64,000 nt of DNA from an uncultured Kiloniellales bacterium (GTDB lineage Bacteria > Pseudomonadota > Alphaproteobacteria > Kiloniellales > JAKSDN01): contig CAMYKD010000033.1 of NCBI GenBank assembly GCA_947258885.1, forward strand, positions 9,947 through 73,946, written 5' to 3'. The position numbers and the translations under genes are program-made. The notes below the pieces were generated by a model that did no database searches, was not told the DNA's origin, and worked only from the letters and a program-made list of their open reading frames with translations. Every line of letters starts with the position of its first letter. Positions within the stretch are counted from its first letter, which is position 1. Shown here piece by piece: positions 48,681 through 57,804 of this stretch.

Positions 48681-48867
48681 CTTTCTTCCGGGCGGGTGGG
48701 AACAAGATGCCTTCTTAGGTGTTTACTAATAGGTAGAAGCATCTGGAAGCTGCTTCCGACTCCGACAGGGCCATGGGGCCGTCGCTTGCCAGCGGCGGCC
48801 CCATCTTGGTGTGCCTGGAACAGAACGCACGGCCACGAGCCGGGGACCCGGAAAGGTCTGCGATCGA
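48681..48867 (+). repeat. about 190-bp repeat element, copy 2, containing a terminator-like hairpin
   Basis: Same element as 45951-46144. Hairpin ATGGGGCCGTCGCT-tgcc-AGCGGCGGCCCCAT (48774-48805). Confidence 0.7.
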
Positions 48868-48883
48868 GCCACCACCGCAGGCC

Positions 48884-50092
48884 CTAACCCGCCGACCTCA
48901 CAAAGCCGTCGTCGTAGGCGACTTTGTCGACGCCCGTGAACCGGCGCAGGCGCTCGAGTTCCGCGGCGAGGCCGTCCTGCCGCTTGCGCGTAAACCTAAA
49001 GCCCGGTTCCAGCCACAGGCCCTTGATGCGCAACCGGCCCGCGCGGCGTTCGCAGGTCATGTCGATGCGGCCGATCAGCCGGTCGCCCTCCAGGAGAGGG
49101 AACACGTAATAGCCGTATTTCCGTTTGGCCGCGGGCACGAAGACCTCGATGCGGTAGCGGAAGCCGAAGAGGCGCTCGGTGCGACCCCGGTCGCGCAACA
49201 GGGGGTCGAAGGGGCTCAACACCCGGATGCTGCCGGGCGGCGCGGGCAGGTCGGATAGCGAGCCGAGAAGCGCCCGCTGCGCGTAAGCGGGGCGCGGTCT
49301 TCCGCCCTCCGCGGCTTCGACTGCGACCTCGACGAGGCCGTTGTCCAGGTTGTCGCGGCACCAGTCCGCGGCCTCGGCCGGGGTGATGCCGCCCCAGAAG
49401 GCGGCCAGCTCGCCGGAGGTCGCGGTGCCCAGGCGGTCGAGGGCGCCGCGGCAGGCCCAGTCGACCAAGGCCTCTGCAATCGGCGTCTCCTCGCGGTGGC
49501 AGGCGGGGATGACCCGCTCGGCCAGATCGTAGACCTTCTGGAAGCCCTCGCGCCGGGCCACGGCCAGCTCCCCGGTGCGCCACAGGTACTCGAGCGCCGT
49601 CTTCGAGGGGTGCCAGTCCCACCAACCGGCGGTATCTTTCTTCCCGCCGTCGCCCAGGTGGCGCGCCATGACCGGGCCGCCCGCGCGGACCCGCTCCAGG
49701 ACCTCCTCCAGCCTCTCCTCGAAGCCGTCGCGGCGCCACTTGCGCCAGCGTTCGCGCAGGCGCGCGGCCTCGCGCGCGAAGCGCGGCTTCCAGAAGGGGT
49801 AGAACCGGCTCGGGATGATCGCCGCGTCGTGGGTCCAGTTCTCGAACAGCGCGCCGTCCCGCTCCAGCAGGCAGGTCAGCTGCTCACGCCGGTAGGTCCG
49901 GTTCCTGGCGAAAAGGATCATGTGGTGGGCGCGCTCGACCGTGTTGATGCTGTCGACCTGCACGAAACCCAGGTCGTCCACCAGATCGCGCAGCCCGTCC
50001 CTGGTCAGTCTTGCGTTCGGCGGGCGCGCCAAGCCCTGGCCGGCCAGGAACAGCCTGCGCGCCTCGGCGTTGCGGATCAGCGGCCGGGACAT
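48884..50092 (-). CDS. YcaQ/AlkZ-like winged-helix DNA glycosylase family protein
   Basis: LGFVQVDSINTVERAHHMILFAR, FENWTHDAA, GWWDW, and a C-terminal YGYYVFPLL.GDRLIGRID block. Confidence 0.7.
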   Translation of the reverse strand: MSRPLIRNAEARRLFLAGQGLARPPNARLTRDGLRDLVDDLGFVQVDSINTVERAHHMILFARNRTYRREQLTCLLERDGALFENWTHDAAIIPSRFYPFWKPRFAREAARLRERWRKWRRDGFEERLEEVLERVRAGGPVMARHLGDGGKKDTAGWWDWHPSKTALEYLWRTGELAVARREGFQKVYDLAERVIPACHREETPIAEALVDWACRGALDRLGTATSGELAAFWGGITPAEAADWCRDNLDNGLVEVAVEAAEGGRPRPAYAQRALLGSLSDLPAPPGSIRVLSPFDPLLRDRGRTERLFGFRYRIEVFVPAAKRKYGYYVFPLLEGDRLIGRIDMTCERRAGRLRIKGLWLEPGFRFTRKRQDGLAAELERLRRFTGVDKVAYDDGFVRSAG

Positions 50093-50107
50093 CTAGGCGC
50101 CCGGATC

Positions 50108-50422
50108 TCAGGAATCCCGGCGGCGGGCGCGGCCGCCGCGACGGGCGGGGATATGGGCCGGCGCGCAGTGGGCCGTCTGGTGCAAAAGGCGAATCAGCTT
50201 GCCGAGGGGTCCCTCCACCGCCGATCCCCCGGCGATGCCGTAGCCGTCGATCAGGCGCCGGGCGGCGGCCGCCGCGTCTTGGCCGTCGCTCAGGCGCAGC
50301 ATCCAGGCCAGCAACACGTCCTCAGCCGGCCCCGGAAACTCCGGCCCCATGTCGAGCACGTGGCGGATCAGGCCGCCCGGGTCGTCCGGCGTGTCGTGCT
50401 CGGAGACGTACTTGATCGCCAT
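50108..50422 (-). CDS. hypothetical protein
   Basis: 104-aa GC3-rich ORF, translationally coupled (ATGA) to the upstream methyltransferase. Confidence 0.45.
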   Translation of the reverse strand: MAIKYVSEHDTPDDPGGLIRHVLDMGPEFPGPAEDVLLAWMLRLSDGQDAAAAARRLIDGYGIAGGSAVEGPLGKLIRLLHQTAHCAPAHIPARRGGRARRRDS

Positions 50423-51117
50423 CAGGGTGCCTTGCGCAGCAGGTTGAGCCGGGCGGGCTGGAACAGCCAGAAGCCGTCGTCGCGCCGCTCCGCCAGCGCC
50501 TCGAAGGCCGTCCGGAGATCTTCCTCCATGGCCTCGAAGCGGGGCCGGCGGCCTTCGTCCACGGCGATCACGCCGGCCTTGAAGGCATCGAAATCCACCA
50601 CCCTGTAGGGCGCCTCGTAGACCAGCTCGAGATCCTGGACGAGCAGCCCGGCCGCAACCGTGGCCTTGATCGCCTTCTCGGCCTCGGCCCGCACGTGGGT
50701 CTCGTCCTCGATCGGGCGCACCAGTTCGAAGTGGGGGCCGGCGGCGAGCGGTTCCTGCACGTAGACCAGCCCGCCCGGCCGGACCACGCGGGCGGCCTCT
50801 TCGAGCGCCCGCCCCTGGCCCTCGACCGGCACGTGGTGCAGCGCGTTGAAGAATATGGCGGCGTCCAGGCTCCCGTCCTCGAAGGGCAGGTCCTCGGCGA
50901 CCCCCTGATGATAATCCTCGTCGCCCGCCGGCTCGGCCGCCCGGGCACTCGCCAGCCGGCGCTCGGAGGGCTCGATCCCGGTGACCCGCGCGCCCTCGCG
51001 GGCCATGAAGCGCGCGAGCGAGCCGTCGCCGCAGCCGATATCGGCGACCCGCTTGCCCTTCAGGGGTAGGTACTCGCGCATGACCTCGCTGTGCTTGCGG
51101 CGTGGCGGCTTGTTCAT
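50422..51117 (-). CDS. class I SAM-dependent methyltransferase
   Basis: VADIGCGDGSLA, DAAIFFNALHH, RPGGLVYVQE. ATG 51117 preferred because the alternative ATG 51129 lies inside the MITE-like inverted repeat. Confidence 0.7.
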   Translation of the reverse strand: MNKPPRRKHSEVMREYLPLKGKRVADIGCGDGSLARFMAREGARVTGIEPSERRLASARAAEPAGDEDYHQGVAEDLPFEDGSLDAAIFFNALHHVPVEGQGRALEEAARVVRPGGLVYVQEPLAAGPHFELVRPIEDETHVRAEAEKAIKATVAAGLLVQDLELVYEAPYRVVDFDAFKAGVIAVDEGRRPRFEAMEEDLRTAFEALAERRDDGFWLFQPARLNLLRKAP

Positions 51118-51339
51118 ACCAAAGGTCATGGATAATGACTCATTTCATGGGAGCGGATCGGGTCGCCCGGGTAGGCGCGGTGCGCAGCGCGATGCGTGCA
51201 TCGGGCAAGCGCCGCAACGCCCCCGGCGCCCAGCCGCGTTGCACACTGCTTGTTGTACCAGCACAACGGCGCAGCGCGCGCCTTGCTGGCGGCCAAAATC
51301 GCCTCGGTGAAATGCGTCATTATCCATGACCTTTGGTAT
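51116..51339. mobile_element. MITE-like element: 29-32-bp terminal inverted repeats around a core of about 160 bp, flanked by TA
   Basis: ATACCAAAGGTCATGGATAATGAC(T)CATTTCA at 51116-51147 is the reverse complement of 51308-51339 with one mismatch. TA dinucleotides at 51117-51118 and 51337-51338 flank CCAAAGG...CCTTTGG. Confidence 0.5.
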
Positions 51340-51459
51340 CATGGCCCGGAGTATGGCGGCAGCACCCCCCGCGCCGCAAGACCGGGAATTCGCGCGGTTT
51401 GCCTCTCGGGCTTGATCGGCTAGGCTCGGGCGAAGCGCAGCCGGGCGGGAGGCCGGAAC

Positions 51460-52626
51460 TTGGAGCCGCTGGACAGAGACGACGACTTTCCCGAGATCCG
51501 CGAGGGCGTGCGGGCGCTCTGCGCGCGCTTCCCGGGCTCCTACTGGCGCGAGCTGGACCGCGAGCGGCGCTATCCCGAGGACTTCGTGCGCGCGCTGACC
51601 GAGGCCGGCTACCTGGCCTGCCTGATCCCCGAGGACTTCGGCGGCAGCGGCTTGCCGATCGCCGCTGCCGCGGCGATCCTGGAGGAGATCCACGGCTCCG
51701 GCGGCAACGGCGCGGCCTGCCACGCCCAGATGTACATCATGGGCACGATCCTGCGCCACGGCAGCGAGGCGCAAAAGCGGCGCTGGCTGCCCGATATCGC
51801 CGCCGGGCGCTTGCGCCTTCAGGCCTTTGGTGTGACCGAGCCGACCAGCGGCACCGACACGCTCGGCCTCGCTACCACCGCCGTGCGGTCGGGCGGTTCC
51901 TACGTCATCAACGGCCAGAAGGTCTGGACCAGCCGGGCCGAGTACTCGGACCTCATGCTGCTGCTCGCCCGCACCACGCCGAAGGACCAAGTCAAGAAGA
52001 AGGGCGAGGGCCTGTCGGTCCTCGTGGTCGACCTGCGCGAGGCGCTCGGCACGGGGCTCACGATCCGGCCGATTCGCGCCATGCTGAACCATGCGACGAC
52101 CGAGGTCTTCTTCGACGACCTCGAGGTGCCGGCCGAGAACCTGGTGGGCACGGAGGGACGAGGCTTCCGCTATATCCTGGATGGCATGAACGCCGAGCGT
52201 GTCCTGATCGCCGGCGAGTGTATTGGCGACGCCCGCTGGTTCGTCGAAAAGGCACGTACATACGCGTCGGAACGCATCGTCTTCGGTCGGCCGATCGGCC
52301 AGAACCAGGGCGTACAGTTCCCGATCGCACGGGCGTACGCCCAAAGCGAGGCGGCGGCCCTGATGGTGCGCCGGGCGGCCGCGCTGTTCGACGGCGGCCG
52401 GCCCTGCGGCAAGGAGGCGAACATGGCGAAACTGCTGGCCGCCGAGGCCTCCTGGGCGGCGGCCGAGGCCTGCCTCCAGACCCACGGCGGCTACGGCTTC
52501 GCCGAGGAGTACGACGTCGAGCGCAAGTTCCGCGAGACCCGGCTCTACCAAGTCGCGCCGGTCTCGACCAACCTGATTCTGGCCTATTTGGCCGAGCACG
52601 TGCTTGGTCTGCCGCGCTCGTACTGA
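51460..52626 (+). CDS. acyl-CoA dehydrogenase
   Basis: TTG start with GGGAGG upstream. GVTEPTSGTD, VFGRPIGQNQGVQF, THGGYGF...ERKFRETRLYQVAPVSTN. Confidence 0.85.
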   Translation: MEPLDRDDDFPEIREGVRALCARFPGSYWRELDRERRYPEDFVRALTEAGYLACLIPEDFGGSGLPIAAAAAILEEIHGSGGNGAACHAQMYIMGTILRHGSEAQKRRWLPDIAAGRLRLQAFGVTEPTSGTDTLGLATTAVRSGGSYVINGQKVWTSRAEYSDLMLLLARTTPKDQVKKKGEGLSVLVVDLREALGTGLTIRPIRAMLNHATTEVFFDDLEVPAENLVGTEGRGFRYILDGMNAERVLIAGECIGDARWFVEKARTYASERIVFGRPIGQNQGVQFPIARAYAQSEAAALMVRRAAALFDGGRPCGKEANMAKLLAAEASWAAAEACLQTHGGYGFAEEYDVERKFRETRLYQVAPVSTNLILAYLAEHVLGLPRSY

Positions 52627-53747
52627 TGACGCGCCCCTTGGACGACATACTCGTGGTCAGCCTGGAGCAGGCGGTGGCCGCACCCTACTGCTCGTCGCGC
52701 CTGGCCGACGCCGGCGCGCGGGTGATCAAGGTCGAGCGCCCCGAGGGCGACTTCGCGCGCGGCTACGACCGCGTCGCGCGCGGCCAGAGCGCCTACTTCG
52801 TTTGGCTCAACCGGGGCAAGGAGTCGATCGCGCTAAACATCAAGGCCGAAGCCGACAAGGCGCTTCTGGCCCGGATGGTCGACCGCGCCGACGTCTTCAT
52901 CCAGAACCTGGCGCCCGGCGCGGCGGCGCGCGCCGGCTTCGGCAGCGAAGACCTGCGCCGCCGCCACCCGCGCCTGGTCACCTGCGACATCAGCGGCTAC
53001 GGGGAGGAGGGCCCCTATGCCGAGATGAAGGCGTACGACCTGCTGGTTCAGGCCGAGAGCGGCCTGGCCGCGATCACCGGCCGGCCCGAGGGCCCCGGGC
53101 GGGTCGGCGTCTCGGTCTGCGACATCGCGGCGGGCATGTACGCGTACATGGCCGTGCTCGAGGCACTGATAGCGCGGCAGCGGAGCGGCGCCGGCACGGG
53201 CCTCGCGGTCTCTCTGTTCGACGGCATGGCCGACTGGATGACCGTGCCGCTCTTGCACCAGGCCTACGGCGGGCGGGCGCCGGCGCGCGCCGGGCTCAAC
53301 CACCCCTCGATCGCGCCCTACGGTGCCTACGGCGCGGCCGATGGCGAGGTCGTGCTGTCGATCCAGAACGAGCGCGAATGGCGGCGCTTCTGCGCCGAGG
53401 TGCTGGAGCGCCCGGCCTTGGCGGAGGATCCGCGCTTCGCCGACAACCCGGCGCGGGTGGCCAACCGGCCGGCCCTCGACCGGGAGATCGCCGCGGTCTT
53501 CGGGACGCTCGGCCGCGCCGCGCTGATCGGGCGCCTGCGCGCCGCGGGCATCGCCTACGGCGCGCTCAACTCGGTGGCCGAGCTCGAACGCCACCCCCAG
53601 CTTCGCCGTGCGGCGGCGGATACGCCCGGCGGCGCGGTCGAGCTGGTCGCGCCGCCCGCCCGCGTCGGGGGTGAGACGGTCGCGCTGGGCGCGGTACCGG
53701 CGCTCGACCAGCACGGGGCCTCGATCCGCGAGGAATTCGCGGCGTAG
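52626..53747 (+). CDS. family III (CaiB/BaiF) CoA-transferase
   Basis: LDDILVVSLEQAVAAPYCS..LADAGARVIKVERPEGD, NLAPGA, and the conserved Asp in VCDIAAGMY. Start overlaps the upstream stop. Confidence 0.85.
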   Translation: MTRPLDDILVVSLEQAVAAPYCSSRLADAGARVIKVERPEGDFARGYDRVARGQSAYFVWLNRGKESIALNIKAEADKALLARMVDRADVFIQNLAPGAAARAGFGSEDLRRRHPRLVTCDISGYGEEGPYAEMKAYDLLVQAESGLAAITGRPEGPGRVGVSVCDIAAGMYAYMAVLEALIARQRSGAGTGLAVSLFDGMADWMTVPLLHQAYGGRAPARAGLNHPSIAPYGAYGAADGEVVLSIQNEREWRRFCAEVLERPALAEDPRFADNPARVANRPALDREIAAVFGTLGRAALIGRLRAAGIAYGALNSVAELERHPQLRRAAADTPGGAVELVAPPARVGGETVALGAVPALDQHGASIREEFAA

Positions 53748-53816
53748 TGCGAACTCGAGGTGAGCGGCACGATCGGGCTTCCCCGAGACCCCGGAATGAC
53801 GTAGGACTGTCTCCCG

Positions 53817-53824
53817 TTAACCAT
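53817..53824 (+). promoter_or_regulatory. TTAACCAT (CtrA half-site-like) in an intergenic region
   Basis: Exact 8-mer, within the same 15-mer CGTTAACCATGATCG that also occurs at 42536-42550. Confidence 0.25.
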
Positions 53825-53947
53825 GATCGACCTTGGCAGACCGATATCGGCCCCTTTCCCGAGATGCACGCAACAGCCCTTGAGCCGGTCCCGGCCGGTA
53901 ACCAGATTTCAACCATCGGCGCGCATTGATTGCACAGGAGTTTGAGC

Positions 53948-54799
53948 ATGACCGAAACGCTCGACCATCTGCGCCGCTGGATCGGCCGCACCCAGGAGAC
54001 CGGCGAAGTCGTCGACCTGTTGCGCGCGCGCGCCCTGCAGGGGACCTTGGACGACCCCGCTCCGCCGCTCCAGGCCGGCGACCCGCTGCCCCCGTTGTGG
54101 CACTGGCTGTATTTCTGGAACGCGACGGCGCAGGCCACCCTGGGCCCCGACGGTCATGCCGCGCGCGGCGAATTCCTGCCACCGGTCAACCTGCCTCGGC
54201 GCATGCTGGCCGGCGGCCGAGTCAAATTTCTGCGGCCGCTGACCGCCGGCACCATGGCCAAGCGCCGCTCGACCGTCGCCGACGTGGCTGTGAAGCAAGG
54301 GAGTAGCGGCCAGCTGGTCTTCGTCACCATCGAGCACGAGATTTCCGACAAGACCGGTCCCTGCATCCAGGAGGAGCAGGATGTCGTCTTCCGCGAATTG
54401 GCCAAGCCGGGCGAAATCCCGCGGCGCGAGGCGGCGCCGGCCGTTCTGCCGTGGCGCCAGCAGGTCACGCCCGACCCCGTGCTGCTGTTCCGCTATTCCG
54501 CGCTGACCTTCAATGGCCACCGGATCCACTACGATCTGAAGTATGCGACCGAAGAGGAAGGCTATCCCGGGCTGGTCGTCCACGGCCCCCTGCTCGCCAC
54601 CTTGATGGCGGGACTGGTGCGCCGGCAGGCGCCCGACCGCCAAGTCACAGCTTTTCAATACCGGGCCATGCGACCGGTCTTCGACACCGCGCCCTTCACT
54701 GTCGGCGGCCGTCTCGTCCGGGATGGTGCCGGTGCCGAGCTCTGGATTGCCGATTCCAACGGCACCCTGGCCGTGAAGGGTGGAGTCGACCTGGCCTAG
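53948..54799 (+). CDS. double-hotdog MaoC-like (R)-hydratase (itaconyl-/mesaconyl-CoA hydratase-like)
   Basis: LPPLWHWLYF, FNGHRIHYD..YA...EGYPGLVVHGPL. CAGGAG Shine-Dalgarno before ATG 53948. Confidence 0.65.
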   Translation: MTETLDHLRRWIGRTQETGEVVDLLRARALQGTLDDPAPPLQAGDPLPPLWHWLYFWNATAQATLGPDGHAARGEFLPPVNLPRRMLAGGRVKFLRPLTAGTMAKRRSTVADVAVKQGSSGQLVFVTIEHEISDKTGPCIQEEQDVVFRELAKPGEIPRREAAPAVLPWRQQVTPDPVLLFRYSALTFNGHRIHYDLKYATEEEGYPGLVVHGPLLATLMAGLVRRQAPDRQVTAFQYRAMRPVFDTAPFTVGGRLVRDGAGAELWIADSNGTLAVKGGVDLA

Positions 54800-54893
54800 C
54801 GTTCCGTTTCCGCTAGTCTCCGGCGCGCCGGCGGCCGGCGCCGTTTGCCGGCCAGGGTGCACTTGGCCGGCTCTATCGAAAGGATCGTTACCG

Positions 54894-55379
54894 ATGCGCC
54901 AGGCCCTCTCCCAGGTCGCCCTCGGCTTCCTGCTTCTGCTGACGGCCTGCGCCGCACTGGAGCCGACGCTGGCGCCGCGAGTCCGCCTGGCCGATATCAC
55001 CCTGCTCGAGGGCGGCCTGCTCGAACAGAAGATGCGGGTCGAGCTCGACATCGGCAACCCCAACAACTTCGACCTGCCGTTGGATGGGCTGACCTTCACG
55101 TTGGAGCTGAATGACCGGCCCCTGGTCGAGGGCTTCACCAACGAGTCCGTCGTGATCCCTCGGCTCGGCGAGGCCAGGCTGCCGGTTTTCGCCTCGACCT
55201 CCCTGCTCGGTCTGATCCGTCAGGTGATGGCCTTGGGCCAGGGCGAGGCGCTCAGCTACCGGCTTTCGGGGCGCGCCTATCTGACCGGTCTCGCGCGCGT
55301 GAGCGTGCCTTTCGAGACCGGCGGCACCCTGGAACTTCTGCCCGACGAGGGCCGGGAACCGTCGCTCGTCCCTCTCTGA
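54894..55379 (+). CDS. LEA type 2 (water-stress/hypersensitive-response domain) lipoprotein
   Basis: Lipobox LLLTAC; NPNNFDLPLDGLTFTLELNDRPL. Confidence 0.65.
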   Translation: MRQALSQVALGFLLLLTACAALEPTLAPRVRLADITLLEGGLLEQKMRVELDIGNPNNFDLPLDGLTFTLELNDRPLVEGFTNESVVIPRLGEARLPVFASTSLLGLIRQVMALGQGEALSYRLSGRAYLTGLARVSVPFETGGTLELLPDEGREPSLVPL

Positions 55380-55471
55380 AGACGGTGTCTGACATCGGGC
55401 GTGCTCCCCTTGACGCGCCGGCCCCACAGAGCCCAAAACTGCGGCGGGACGAACGGCGAGGAACGGCGAAG

Positions 55472-55858
55472 ATGGCCGAGACGGATTCGGACCTGTTCGA
55501 GTTGATCGACCGCGGCGACACCGCCGGGCTCGAGGCCGCGCTCGGTCGGGGCGCGGACGCGAATGCCGCGGACCGCCGGGGCGTGCCGGCGCTCGCCCGG
55601 GCCGCGGCGCTGGGCGACCTGGCGGCACTGCGACTGCTGCTCGGCCACGGCGCGGCGGTGGAGCGGACCAGCGGCGCCGGCAACTCGGCGCTCATGGCCG
55701 CCGCGGCGCGCGGCCACCTCGAGGTGCTGCGGGCGCTGCTCGAAGCGGGCGCCGATCCCGGCCACAGGAATCGGTGGGGCCTGGGCGCGGCCGACTGGGC
55801 CCAGTGGCCCGCCAATGCGGCCGAGGTCCGCGCCCTGCTGCACGCCGCCGGCCGGTGA
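55472..55858 (+). CDS. ankyrin-repeat protein
   Basis: Three ANK-like repeats (G.DANAADRRG.PALARAAALGDLAALRLLL.HGA...). Confidence 0.7.
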   Translation: MAETDSDLFELIDRGDTAGLEAALGRGADANAADRRGVPALARAAALGDLAALRLLLGHGAAVERTSGAGNSALMAAAARGHLEVLRALLEAGADPGHRNRWGLGAADWAQWPANAAEVRALLHAAGR

Positions 55859-56161
55859 CCCATATGTGACGAAACTGCGGATCTGTCGCGGTCATGGCCG
55901 CAGGCCTATGCCGGAACGCCGAAATCCTGTCTGTGGTGGGCCTTCAAGTCCGGCGCGGCCATGCCGGTCTGCGAGCGCCAGCTGCGCAGCATCCTGGCAC
56001 ACTGACGGCCTCCCGGAGGCCCGCCATTTCCCTTGCCGCGCCCGGACATCGGCCGCGAGTCATTTCCGGAGCCCGACTCGGGTCGATTGTGATAGCGTTC
56101 GCGCCCACGCGACGGAGTCGACCGGCAGCATCGGTCGAGATCTTTCGATCGGAGCCCCCGC

Positions 56162-56734
56162 ATGGAAACGGGAAGCATCTTCCTCATCGTGGTCCTCGCA
56201 GCCGTCGTGCTGCTCGTCTTCTACGGCATCGCCGTCTACAACGGCTTGGTCTCGAGCCGCAATCAGGTGGAGGCCGCCTGGGGCCAGATCGACGTGCAGC
56301 TGAAACGCCGCCACGACCTGATCCCGAACCTGGTCGAGGTGGCCAAGGACTACATGGACTACGAGCAGGAGACCCTGCAGCAGGTGATCCAGGCGCGCAA
56401 CAGCGCGGTCGCGGCCGAGGGCCAGTCGCGAGAAGCGTCGATCGGCGCCGAGGGTATGCTGGGCGCGGCGCTCGGCCGGCTTTTCGCCCTGGTCGAGAAC
56501 TATCCCGACCTCAAGGCCAACGAGAACGTCCAGCGCCTCATGGAGGAGCTCGCGACCACCGAGAACCGCATCGCCTTCTCGCGCCAGCACTACAACGATT
56601 CGGTCCTGAGCTTGAACACCCGGATCGAGAGTTTCCCGTCAAACATCGTGGCGAATTCCTTCGGCTTCGTCCGGGCGCCCTATTTCGACGTGCCGGAGGC
56701 GGAGACCGAGCCGGTCAAGGTCGACCTGCGCTAG
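56162..56734 (+). CDS. lemA: LemA-family protein
   Basis: N-terminal TM helix; YNGLV..RN.V..AW.QIDVQLKRRHDLIPNLV; YPDLKAN. Confidence 0.85.
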   Translation: METGSIFLIVVLAAVVLLVFYGIAVYNGLVSSRNQVEAAWGQIDVQLKRRHDLIPNLVEVAKDYMDYEQETLQQVIQARNSAVAAEGQSREASIGAEGMLGAALGRLFALVENYPDLKANENVQRLMEELATTENRIAFSRQHYNDSVLSLNTRIESFPSNIVANSFGFVRAPYFDVPEAETEPVKVDLR

Positions 56735-56747
56735 CGGCCGCCGGGCG

Positions 56748-57785
56748 ATGGCCGAGCTTCCGGACGGCAAGCCCTCCGAGCCGACCGCCCCGGTGCCGGG
56801 CCTCGCACGGACCGACTTCTACGCCGCCATCCGGCGCAATAAACGCAACACGGTCTGGCTCTGCATGATCATGATTGTGATCGCGGGCGGGCTCGGCTAC
56901 GTGATCGGCTGGGCGGCGGAGATCGTCTATCTGAGCGCGCTGCGTCACGGCGAGCCCCTCGGCGTCGTCGAGGCGCTCACTTACCGGAGCCCCTGGGGCG
57001 TGACCGGGGCCGGCGTCATGCTCGTGGCTGGCGCCATCTGGGTCATGGTGGCGATTTCCGTTGGTGACCTTATTCTCCTCGCCCTGGCCGGTGCCCGCGA
57101 GGTCCCGCCCGAGAGCGAGCCGGTGCTGCACAACGTGGTCGAGGAGATGGCGTTGGCCGCCGGCCTGCCCAAGCCGCGGGTCTTCCTGCTGGAGAGCCCG
57201 GCGCTCAATGCCTTCGCCACTGGGCTCAGGCCCGAGAAGTCGGCGATCGCCGTCACGCGCGGCCTGCTCGACCGGCTGACGCGCTCCGAGCTGCAGGGTG
57301 TGGTCGCGCACGAGATGGGCCACGTCGCGAACAGCGATGTCCTCTATGCCACGGCGGTCGCGGTCGTCGTCGGCCTGATCGCGCTCGTCTCCGATGCCGT
57401 CCTGCGCGGCGCCCTGCGCGGCGGGCTGCGCACGAGCGGGCGCTCGCGCTCCAAGGGCGGCGCCGCGGCGCTGGCGCTGGTCGTAGTCCTGGTGTTCGCG
57501 GTCCTGGCGCCGCTCGCGGCCTGGCTGGTTCAGATGTCGATCTCGCGCGAGCGCGAGTACTTGGCCGACGCCACTGCGGTAAAGCTCGCCCGTAATCCGC
57601 TGGGCTTGATCGGGGCGCTGGAAAAGATCGACACGACCAGCGAGCGCTTCAAGGGCGCCAACCGCGCCATTCAGCACCTGTTCATCGCCAATCCCTTCCG
57701 CAAGTTCGGCGTTCGGAGCAGCGCGCTGTTCTCGACCCACCCCCCGACCCCGGAGCGGGTCGAGCGGCTGCGCAATCTGGGCTGA
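56748..57785 (+). CDS. M48-family (HtpX-like) zinc metallopeptidase
   Basis: HEMGHV zinc motif, 4 TM helices, EYLADA, C-terminal THPP...RV..L. Confidence 0.85.
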   Translation: MAELPDGKPSEPTAPVPGLARTDFYAAIRRNKRNTVWLCMIMIVIAGGLGYVIGWAAEIVYLSALRHGEPLGVVEALTYRSPWGVTGAGVMLVAGAIWVMVAISVGDLILLALAGAREVPPESEPVLHNVVEEMALAAGLPKPRVFLLESPALNAFATGLRPEKSAIAVTRGLLDRLTRSELQGVVAHEMGHVANSDVLYATAVAVVVGLIALVSDAVLRGALRGGLRTSGRSRSKGGAAALALVVVLVFAVLAPLAAWLVQMSISREREYLADATAVKLARNPLGLIGALEKIDTTSERFKGANRAIQHLFIANPFRKFGVRSSALFSTHPPTPERVERLRNLG

Positions 57786-57804
57786 CGCGCCGCGTCTCCG
57801 GCGT

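Noticed and set aside
51102-51329. ORFs 51102..51329+ and 51126..51320- inside the inverted repeat
   Set aside because: The two translations mirror each other (MTHF... / ...HYP) simply because of the terminal inverted repeats. There is no coding signature in between.
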